The notes under the pieces are model-generated. The model was given only the letters and a program-made list of their open reading frames with translations, was not told where the DNA came from and did not search any database. Made by a program: the position numbers and the translations under genes. A stretch of DNA of 64,000 nt from Paragordius varius. Taxonomy: Eukaryota; Animalia; Nematomorpha. Each line of letters begins with the position of its first letter. Within the stretch, counting starts at the first letter, position 1. This document shows, piece by piece, positions 11,036-22,190 of this stretch. Where the stretch lies: assembly GCA_964247055.1 (NCBI GenBank), contig OZ176055.1, positions 9,796,001 through 9,860,000 on the forward strand, written 5' to 3'.

Positions 11036-12412
11036 CAGTGGTACTCACCAAAAAAATTTGACGGGCCAAATAATATATATTTTTTTTCGAGGGCCATGAA
11101 CCTTATAATCGCAAATATTCCATAGCTATTTGACACATATGCACATATTTATACTCTAACTAAGCAATTTTTTGCAGATCGCATTTAAATCCAGCTAAAA
11201 ACTTGTTATCACCATTTGGTTTTAAAAATTAAAAATATATTTTGATAACAACATTTATTTTGATATTAACCAATAATTTTTGACAAATTTGGTTTCGCCT
11301 CATGACGGGCCAGTCTTAACACGTCATCCATATGAGCATCGGTTAAGCGATTTCTGTATGTATTATTGACATACTTCATTTATGAATATGCCGTCTCACA
11401 CGTGTAAGTTGAGGGAAAAACAGTTAGGATAATTTGAGCAAATTGGAATCATTTTTAAAATCTACGAATTTTTCAATGATATGCGCCTGATCAAAACTGA
11501 TATGCTCAAGTTGCTTAATAATGGATATATCCATAAGCCATGGATTGTCAACGAATTTTAAGCAAATTTTAATATTTTTTTATTCTTGAAATCTGAATTT
11601 CATCTCATTAGATAAAATTGTTAAATGATTGTTTATTATTAAATTAATCTCCGCGGTAAATTCCATATTTTCTTCACGAATCGTTTTAAGTGTTGGAAAA
11701 TATCTGGGAGAAAGCTATGGACATATTTATAGTATAATTCCTTATTTTTATATTTTTCGTTTCTTCTCAGGATTTTCTTTTTGGATTGTAAAATTTCTTT
11801 CAATATTTTATTTTTTAAAAATTATATGCCCTTACATATATTTAAAACGACAAAGAATTTTTCTTTCATTCTTTTCTAAAGGAGCGATTTTCATCAACAA
11901 ATTTACGTTTTTTAGCATTAGATGTCATCTTTTGAATTTATTTTTAAATATTATGTAAATTTTTGAAATAGGAATATTTGAATTATGCTAAATTAACAGG
12001 TCGAAATTCAGTGATGTTGATTTGAAAAACATTTTATAGGAATGAGTTATATGGGCAGGATAGCAATGAGAAGAATATGTATATGCAAGTTTGGGTGAAA
12101 GGCTTGCTTAAATACAACAATGAAATGCAATAAAAATTTCAAAATAGAAAAGAAAATAGAATACAGAAACAGAAACAAAGTGTGCCAAAATTTTGAAATC
12201 ATTTTAATGTAGGGAAATTTTTATACATTTCGAATTGGGTAAAATATAAAAATTATTAAAATTAAATCTAAAGAAATAAATTAATATTAAAATAAGCGAA
12301 AATTCGTTTATGTGTATTTTAAAAATTCATCAACAAAAAAACAATTTAAGTATCAATATGCTCATACGGCAGGTTTAAAGCACTCCCAGAGCCGCGGTTT
12401 GAGTACCACTTG
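11036..12412 (-). mobile_element. Internally deleted hAT transposon relic (SPIN/Charlie, GTF2IRD2-like transposase)
   Basis: TIRs CAGTGGTACTCA / TGAGTACCACTTG; minus-strand remnants MTSNAKKRKFVDENRSFRKE* (N-terminus) and FPSTYTCETAYS*MKYVNNTYRNRLTDAHMDDVLRLA (hAT C-terminal dimerization domain). Confidence 0.85.
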
Positions 12413-12982
12413 TTTAAACCATAAAATGTTTTTTTAGTATTTTTTTAAATACATATATAAGTGAACTGGTTTAATCAAACCGTTTATACCCGTAGTATTT
12501 TTTCTCTTTAAAAACTTATTTATATGCAGAAGATAGAGTTTAAAACGCTTTATTAAATAACATAAATTTTATAATATAATAACTTTTTATTATAAAGTTA
12601 TATTTGATTTTCTGTCTAGTTTTTCTTGTTTTCAAAAAATTGAAAAACCCGTAATATCTAGAAATTCTGATTGAAGGATCAAAATTATTTCAGATTTGGT
12701 TTAGAATACTGAAATTAGTCTAAATTTGAATTTTTACTGATGTTGGTGTAAAAAATTCATAATTGTCGACTTGTATTATTTTTTTATATTTGGAAAATAA
12801 ATTATAATATGAAACAGCAGTTACAAAACACATTAAAGAGAGCAAACATCTTTAAAATTTTTTAGCTTTATTATTATTCAGCGGCATCAAAATCCCTGGA
12901 AAAACTGTTATTATATATTTTTGATTCTATATTGGATTTTTAAAATTTGCCTTTTTAATAATTTTTTATTAATGCATTAGGC

Positions 12983-13258
12983 CAGTGATCACCAAAATAA
13001 TTTACCGCGTCCCTTCGTCCGGGCAATAATATTTATTAATACCGACTTCTTGACTAAATATATTAATATGGTAAATCATATTATATAAAATGGTGATATG
13101 CTTGTTTTTTATTTATATCGCTACTAAATTCATACAATTTATGTTAGGCCGCAATATGTACCGCTAATGTAATCTTACATGATAAAATTTTAATATTTTT
13201 TGAAAGATCTGTGGCCAAAAAGAATCAGTTTGAGAGCAGGGCCGCGGCATGAATACGA
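12983..13258. mobile_element. hAT MITE of the CAGTGGT family
   Basis: Paralogs at 37295-37592 (both TIRs) and 53677-53951; degenerate 8-bp TSD CATTAGGC / AGTTAGGC across copies. Confidence 0.6.
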
Positions 13259-13865
13259 GGCTATAGAATTATTTTTCAATTTTTAAAATATTTAATGTAC
13301 AAATTTTTTTGGGTCGGCACCAAATAATATAGTGTTAATTTTTTTGTTCAATACTGTGATTTTAAAATTTGAGTAAAAACAATAAATTAAGAGGCTTTAT
13401 TCTTGGATAAAAGTCATATAATCTCGGTACTGAATTTTTTTTTTAAAAAATTCGAGCAAAGATTCACAAACAATGTCTGCAAATTATATAGTAAATTGAT
13501 TGACGATATCTACTTTGTTTTCTGACATAGAATTATCAATATACCACTAGATCCAGAAATCCTAACCTACCTGAATTAATGACAAAACTCGAAAACTTTT
13601 TGTCCTTTTTACTATAGCGGGAAACTTGGTTAAATTATAATTACATATTACTTTTATTTATTATAGATTTGAATATATTTAGCCAGGAATAAAATACCAT
13701 TTATACTGGCCCAGGATAAGACATTTTGTATAGATATAAATTTCTAGCAACCGATTTGCTTGTAGATTTATATTAAATAAAGTTTTCATTATGAATTAAA
13801 TTGATATTAAAAGTACATATACCGCACATCTTATTTATTGCATAGCATTTAATAGCAAAATTAAT

Positions 13866-14014
13866 TTAAAGAAGTGGTCGAATGAAATCCAAATATTCCC
13901 TGACATCAATGTAAAAAGACACTCTCAATTCCGGGTCGGATTCAACGGCTAGCTGAGAAGCTACACCGAACACTTTATTATTGCAAACGAGAGGTCCTCC
14001 ACTATCACCCTATA

Positions 14015-14081
<67 letters not shown>

Positions 14082-17000
14082 ACGTTTTAAAATGATCCCT
14101 CCCCAAAATCTTATAAACTAATCATGGAAATAAAGTTAGTATGATTTGATAACTTACTGGTTCGGAACCGCCCCAATTGTCATTAGCTCTGCCACAAACT
14201 TTGTTGTCCAAATTTAATATTCCAGCATGGATTCTTTGCCTGACCATTTCTATGTTACTGCATGCGGCTTGATCCAAATGATTCAATTCAACAGTCCTGA
14301 GTTGAGCTACAATAAATTATTAGGGAAAATAATAACATTATACCATTAACAATTCAAATTTACCCTTGAAAAATTCAAATTCCATGGAAAAATAAATTAT
14401 GTGTTTTCGTACTTGTGTAACTCATTATTAATATGAAATTCTTTATGGCTTAGTTTATTATTTTTTCAGCATTAATTTAATTTTATACAAAATACCATTA
14501 TTTTAAAAATATAAAAAAAGATAGGTGATTTTTAATTTTAAAAAACGCATAATTTATATTTGGGTGAATTAAAATAATTCGAGGGTGAATTTGAATTGTT
14601 CAAGGGTGAATTTGTATATTCTACATTTTACACAATTTATTTAATTCTAATATTTTGACAACATGTAAATTTACACCAATACATCCAAATGAAATCTTTG
14701 GAATCATCATTTTTTTCTATCCATGCATGAAAATCAAGCATATAAAAGTTTTTAAGCATAACGTTCAAGCAAACTAGATTTTAAAATCGCATCAGCCGTC
14801 AATTTATAAAAATACTTACGAAATGCAGGTCCCCATCCATATGCATAACATTTGCCAGAAACTGTTTCTAGTCTAGTGGGCAATGGCATATATGATAATC
14901 CCGATAAGGGTGCGGCCAATTTCAAAATTGCGATATCATTTCTTTGCAGGTTAGGATTATAAAATGGATGTGGGTAAATTTTTCTAACTGGTACAGTAAG
15001 TCCAGTTTGCGAAATATCATTAACACCCGCTTTTAAAATTATCCTAGAGACCCTTCTAAAATACAACACATAAAGTATGGTTTTAAGTTAAAAGTATATA
15101 TATATATATATAGCAGATAATGGCTTTTAAACACTGTGCACAAAATCGGGGTGTATTTTCGGGAAGCGCAATATTTGCGCACATTATGCTGAATATATTT
15201 TTGGTGAAAACAAAATGCCCCATTCCAAATATCATTAACACATATCATATACTATCAAGCAAAACACAATTTATAATTTCAGTTTTTAAATGCGGAAAGA
15301 AATTTTTCTGCCCCTTCCACAATGGGCTAGTTTTTCAACGCATAAATGCCATTTTGCCATAAGGATTTATATTACATGCCAGATTATGACATCAAGAAAA
15401 TATTTTTATTAAAAAAATGCATGCGTATTCATTGTTATGAACGGTATTATATGGTATTTCAGACTATAAACGACACTTTATATTAAAACCTTTTCGATAT
15501 AAATGATGGATCTAAACAATCTATTATCTCAAATTTAAAGCATTTGTTGGTTGAATATATTTTTTGTAAAGAAACTCATTTTATAATTAAATAAAATTTA
15601 AAGACGAACAAATCCTTTAATCAAAATTCTGAAAATGTTAAGCATCATCGAATTATATAAAAGATGTGTATTCATAATATCTTAAACTGTTTCTGACCGA
15701 ATAGTTACCCGTCATCTAAATTTTTCTAAAAATCTATTTTCGAATTTTTTAGATGATGTCATAATTTCCATATATTAAATATTCTCATAAAAAATTCAGC
15801 TGTTTTGCGTTTTTAAGAAAACTAGCCCAAAATTTAAGACTTTCAGAGCTCACATCTAAATGTTTAAATTTGACAAAAATATGAAACCTTTTATTTTAAC
15901 CAAGAATATTTTATTTAGCATTTGCCCGATTCTTTAATATAAGACCCAATACCAAAAGCAGCATAAAATCCTGATACATTTTTCCATCAGAAAATCTATA
16001 TTTTACCAATATATATTTTGTGTGCACTGTTTGGGTATTAAAACTTTATGACTAATTTAGGTATAATATTTAGACAAACTTACAATCGATATACGCAATG
16101 TGCTGCCGTTAGGATGGTGGTGGGATTAAGAAGGGTGCCAACACATCGGTCATCAAGCAAATTCAAATATACCTTTAAGATTGCCCCCATAAATGAAATT
16201 AAAATTATTGTAGAACAAAAAAGGAGCATTATAAAAAAATATTTTACGACATAAGTGGTCGGAATGGCTACAATAGAGCCTCCTGCTATCATCAAAGCTA
16301 ATATGTAAAAAATCGAAAATATAAAAATACAGCCAAAACTTAATTGTTTAAAAGGATTAATATGCAATATATTTATTATTGATAAGGTGTAAAACCTAAG
16401 AGCGGCATTTAAAAAGACAAATGGTAGTTTTTAACAATCCATCACATTTTTTAATTATATTTTTTGCTTATACAGAAAAACATATATATGCACTAAAAAT
16501 CTAATTTTAACGAAGACAAACCTATTTTTAAACCGATATTTTAAATATAACTTATTGTTTTAAAAATAATGAATAGAAATAAATTCACAAATAAAAATCT
16601 TAAGATTGTAACTTTTAGATTATAGAAATATAAATAAAATTGGCTTTAAGTGTTGACGTTTTGTCTGAATAACTTTAATTTAGTTTTTATAATGTAAATA
16701 AACTGGCTTAATAATGACACTATGTGTAACAACCCGTTAATGTACCTGACTTCACTTAGACTATTTACAAAAAATATGATTGGAACTTTATAATCTTTAC
16801 TTCTTAATTTGCGACTCGAGATGTTTATTTCGCCTTTAGTTTAAATTTACCCTTATATTTTAGATTACAATTTAAAAAAGTTGGATCTTTGTAAATTAAA
16901 TCTTGTATAACAAAAACGATGGTCAGCTCTAACGCATCATACATACATATCCCTAATATGTCGTTTAAAACCATATTTTAGGGTTTATTAGTTTAACAAC

Positions 17001-17161
17001 ATTATTTATATTATATAATTTATTATATTATAAAAGTATCCATACCTCTGGCTTTTTTCATAGTCGTTGAATTGAATCCATTTCCATTTGACCGGGAAGC
17101 ACAATCGCAATTTTTTTAAATTGATAATTGTAAAAATTACAAGTAAAGATTTAAGTAACAT
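13866..17161 (-). pseudogene. S1A serine protease copy B1; intact except for a +1 frameshift in an exon 1 homopolymer
   Basis: Exons 17161-17046 (116 nt vs 115 in B3; T7 run at 17111-17117), 16297-16248, 16172-16084, 15055-14820, 14306-14158, 14009-13866; IAGG, TAAHC, NDIAILKL and GDSGGP all present. Confidence 0.8.
14021..14079. repeat. (AT)n microsatellite in the last intron of B1, next to the acceptor of the GDSGGP exon
   Basis: About 29 units; shorter arrays at the same position in B2 (about 38279-38309) and B3 (about 54709-54741). Confidence 0.95.
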
Positions 17162-17729
17162 TTTGACTCAAATAAAGAAAAATTTTATCAATATAATTCG
17201 GCCTTTATCAATTACCAATAAAGAAAAAATAAGGTTATCAAATATAGATAGAAATATAAAATGACTGTTTTGTATGACCTTAAGATAGAGTTTTATATTA
17301 CTTCTATAAACATGGCTAATATATAAATGAATGTTAAAATTAACAATATTTAGCCTTTCAAATTTGAAGCTATAACAATCTTTATACAAAGGAAATGAAA
17401 AGTATTTGGTCAATATTGATTTTGGTATAATGTAATAGGTTATAACCGATCTTACATAAATTCGATATAACGTTGCATGAAAATACAAGAAATAATAATT
17501 TCACATTATTATGACTTCTTTGTTTTAATAATTTTTTGTTAAATATAAATTTAATTTTTCGGAACTTATATGTGTATTTTGCAAAGCTGTCAATAGAGTT
17601 GGCGCAAAAAAAGGTAAAAAGCATTTTAACGCTGATACCAGATCGAAATTACATTGTTTATATAATGTATATTAAATGGTTTAAACATGAAACCCTTTTA
17701 TCTGTGTTTAATAAAACCATTACATAATA

Positions 17730-19424
17730 CCACGTGTAGTCATAAATCTTTACTACACTATATTAAAGGAAGTTATTTATTTAAAATCCATTGACTCCTT
17801 CTGTGCATCCTTATTTCTCGGGTAATATATGAATGCCGTGCTAGAAAAATTAATTGTCTTTTGCAGCAAACCTGCTGAACCAATTTACAACGTCTTTGAA
17901 ACTCTTAATGTGCTGTAGTTCTGTTAGTCAAATGGCGCCAGATCAAGCGAGTTGAGCGGATGCGAAAAATTTTTCAAAGCGATTTCAAGGTGTTTTTCAT
18001 CGGTTTTACTGTGTGATACGGAGTATTGTTATGTAGAAATATAATTTTGCTATGTCTCCCATTCCGAGAGTTTTTCTAGTAATATATTGTGTAAATTAAC
18101 ACTTCGATTCAAATTGGGGTATAAAAATACCCCAGACTAAATTTAAATTAATATTTTAAAATAACTATTGAAGGAAACGGTCCCAATTTAAATTTATGCT
18201 TCTATCCTGATAAAAATTTTATAAATATGCCAAAATATCCTGATAAAATTTTGTTTTGAAAAAAAAGTTCCATCTCAAACTACATGGACGCCATTTTTAT
18301 TTTACAAAATTTTTGCAAAATATCGTCTTCATTTAATTTTAAGGGTAAAACTAAAGCTAATTTTTTATGTAAATTACATCTAACATTGATAGAAATAGAA
18401 AAAGTGGCTTATTTGGTATTATTTTTTAATTTTAAAATTTGACACATGTCACGTTGACGAAATTTTTACCTTTCGGTTTTAGCTTAAAATAAGTAATATC
18501 AAGTATTTTTGAATAAATTTTTTTATATATTTCGGTTTATTAATGTTAGATAAGTGGATAATTTTGCCATGGTTTCGATTCCTTCTATATTTTTTAAAGA
18601 ATTTGATTTTAAACAGGCCTGGGGTATCCAACTACCCCAATTTGAATCGAAGGACTAAAGTGAGTGAGTTGTATCCAAGTGTTAATCATTTGATGGCAGT
18701 AGCGTTGTGTATTAACTGTTTCACTCGGCTTCAAAAGTCATAATGCACAATAGAACTGGTTCCACCAGCAGAACATAATCTTGCCAAAGTGATTTGGTGT
18801 TGATGGACCGGCTTGGCAAGGTAAGACGCACCATTTTTTCCGCTTTGCATTTATATTGCACTTTTCTTAACCCATCACAATTTAAATGCATGATTTCCTT
18901 TCATGGAAGGTAATCAGGATTTCACAACTCACTTTCCAAATTTTTGATTTGGCCTTCATTCGAATGCATCCCATTTACCGAGTTTACTGGTCCTTCTCAT
19001 TGCTTATAGACGTAATGATCTTTTTTTGTGATACATGTAATGTTTATCCGATTGGAGTTTGAGCTGAGTCATCATCTAATACACCGCATTGTATTGACAG
19101 TTGTGTGGTTTACTAGAGCGCCTATTAACTTTTAAATTAAAATATCATAGTCTAAATTTTCAAATCATTCTCACACCATACGTTTCTTTCAACAATCGAA
19201 GGCTATCAACAGCCTTCTTCCGATGATATAAAAATGCAAATGCTTTTAAGGCACAAAATTTAACCTGATATGTAATCATAAAGATAAGACGCTAGTTTTT
19301 GGCGGACATGTGTGCTTGTAGTTTAATAGATGAAAACAAATTGGGCTTTGTCTTTAACTAATCGTATGCGTACCTTTCGCGTCTTCTCGTTGTTAAACCG
19401 GTAGTGACTTATAACTACACCTGG
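17730..19424 (-). mobile_element. Degenerate mariner (Mos1/mauritiana-like) element, interrupted by a MITE
   Basis: TA|CCACGTGTAGTCAT ... TTATAACTACACCTGG|TA TIRs; colinear with copies at 35011-36134 and 58402-59490, where transposase remnants are readable. Confidence 0.85.
18100..18681 (+). mobile_element. piggyBac-like MITE (family 1) inserted in the mariner
   Basis: TTAA duplicated (18096-18099, 18682-18685); paralogous empty sites with a single TTAA at 58771 and about 44330. Confidence 0.9.
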
Positions 19425-19479
19425 TAGCTTATTGAACATTTTAAAGCAGCAATTTCAAGCAAATAAAAATTAAAATCAC

Positions 19480-22190
19480 CTTAGCCTTTGATACATAATA
19501 AAACTTACAAAATGGAGTCTCCATCCATAGACATAACATTGGCCTGAAACTCTTTCTCCTTTTATGGGCAATGACAAATGTGATAAACCCGATAAGGTTT
19601 GAGCTAACTTTGAAATTGCGAAATTTCTTTGCATGTTAGGATTATAAATTGGATGATGGTATTTTTCTAACTGGTACAGTTTGAGGTTAAGAAAAATCAA
19701 ACACACCCGCGTTTACAGTTATTCTAGAGATTTTTCTAAAATACAACACAAATTAACACTTGGTTTAAACTCTCTATGACATATTATATTTTTGAGAAAA
19801 CTTACAACATATTAACGCAACGCGCTTTTGTTCGGATTGTGGAGGGATTTAGAAGAGTGCCCACATCGATCGCTTTGAGGCAAAGCTAAATGCACCCCTC
19901 CGATTATGACTATAAATAAAATCAAAATTATTGTAACAAAATAAAATTAAATTATAAAAATAAAACCAAATTACGACGTAAGACGCCTGAATGTAGTGCC
20001 TCCTGCTAACATTAAAGCTAATATAATTGTAAACATCTTTGAGTTAATATCAGAAAATATTATAACTTATTTAGCGCAAAAAAGCGCACTACTAAAAATT
20101 TAATATAAAGATTAACAAAAAAGTTTTTAAAAAAGTAAACTTAAAACTAGTTTTCTCCCAAATTGTGCGCATTGATAATATTTATTTAAAAAAATTTATC
20201 CGATTAAATCAACTGCACTTATTATTAAGCAAAATTACACACATTTTAATGATTCTCTTTAAATATTATAATATTTTTTGCATAAATATTTATTATAAAA
20301 ATCAAAATTGGTCTTATAAATTTATTGTGTCAAAAATTTTCAACCGCTATAGTTGAATGAGTCAATGTAATATTACTTTTATTAGAAATAACAGTGGACT
20401 TATTTTATCAAGGAATTTGAAATAAAATTGGTTGGTGTTTTAATATCGTATTGAAAATTTAAATACAGTCAAATTTATTTTTGTGCAAAGTTTTTTGAGT
20501 CACCTAATACTACATTCTCTTTTTGTTCGCCAACCTTTATGACTTTCAAATCCATTTTTCATCAAAGAAAATTAATTTTAATCAAAAATTTATTTATTTA
20601 ATTTTTGATCACTCGACGAATATCTAAAAACAGTCTTTTACATTTTTATCCAATGTTATAAGGGGGAAATTTGTGGATTTCGAAAATAATTTGTTGTATT
20701 TTATGTCGAGCAATAATAGTTAACAATACATCTAAATATCTTTTTTTGTGCGGTATCCTGTACCAGATTAGGTTTGAGTGTATATTAAACATTGGTATAA
20801 TCGTATATTCAGTAAAAAATGCGAAACTAAAAAAAATTTATCAGTTTTTTAATTGTTCATTCTTTTTTTGGTTAATAAAATTCAATTAGATGAATTAATT
20901 TTTTTTTGATATTTTGGAATACAATGACCATTAAATAATTTATGATTGTAGGAACAAACCTAATTATTTAAATATTACTGAATATTGTTTAATTTTATCC
21001 ATTCCATTTCGGAAGATAAAAGCAGTCTCTTGTGCATATTAGTTTTTTTTATGGCTATGTTGAATAGCATAAACATGAACAAAAAGGTAGCTTCAATAAC
21101 GAGCCGCAATAATAAATTTTTTTGAATAATATTTAAAAATTTTGAAATGATGTAAAGAACAAAAATTATGTCGGCGGGTGGGCGACGATTATTGGACGCT
21201 ACACCCTTTACTTATTATATCTATATAACAAATTGACAGTCATTTACTATTTGATTATACTTTTACATATATTAGTTTAGGCCTACCTTTTCAGATTTTA
21301 CTGTGGTAGTTTTAAAATTCATCTACCCAAATATTCATAGAGTTTTTACTTGTCGAAAACAATTATCAGTTATCAGGCGTATTTTAAAACATATATATCG
21401 CAGCTAAAATGTCGTTCAAAATCCTATTTATATTGGATTCCTGTTTATTATTTGATTTTTTTAACTTTATCAATGATTATGTAATTGTAATTTACCATTC
21501 CCCTATATTTTTTCAGTGTCTTTAACACTTGGGATACAACAGATTAATTTGAGTCATTCGATTTAAATTGGGGTAGTTGGATACCCCAGGCTTGTTTAAA
21601 ATTAAATATTTTAAAAATATGGAAAAAATTTAAAACCATGGCTAAAGTTAGCACCTGTATAAAATCAATAAACCGAAATATGAAAATAATATTTATTCAA
21701 AAATATGATATTACTTATTTAGAGGTAAAACCCAAAGGTAAAAATTTAGACAACATGACATGTGTTCAAAAGCTCAATATAAAAATAATGCAAAATATGC
21801 CGCTTCTGTTTGTATTAATGTTAAATGTGAATTTAATAAAAAAGTAAACTTAATTTTAGACTAAAAAACACGATATTTTGCAAAAATGATGTAAAATAAA
21901 AATGGCGTTTAAGTAGTTTGATACGAAACTTTTTTTTCCAAAACCAAATTTTATTTAGATATTTTGGCTTATTTATATATTTTTTATTATGATAGTATAA
22001 ATTTAAACTGGAGCCGTTTTTTTCAGAGGTTCTTTAAAAATATCAATTTAAACATGGGGTATTTAGACAACCCAATTTGAATAAGTGTTAAATGACGTAA
22101 TGTCTAACGCAAGTTTTTAACCTCAATGCAAGATCGTAATAAACAATTATTAAAAAGCAATATCACAATAAAATATTTAAGGAAAATTTT
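19480..22190 (-). pseudogene. Degenerate protease copy C1 (exons 1-4 only)
   Basis: Exon 4 relic about 19480-19740 (catalytic Asp lost, QRNFAISKL); exon 3 19806-19895 (TAAHC changed to TKARC, frameshift); exon 2 19975-20017 (LMLAGG, 7-nt deletion); exon 1 split by a MITE; exons 5-6 absent. Confidence 0.8.
21526..22087 (-). mobile_element. piggyBac-like MITE (family 1) inserted in C1 exon 1
   Basis: TTAA on both sides; uninterrupted exon in the paralogs at about 25565 and 61340. Confidence 0.85.

Noticed and set aside
16080-16367. ORF reading through exon 2, intron 2 and exon 3 of B1, adding a hydrophobic 25-aa segment (possible membrane-anchored isoform)
   Set aside because: The intron is 75 nt and stop-free only in B1; the B3 intron is 74 nt and shifts frame, so this is a chance readthrough of a T-rich intron
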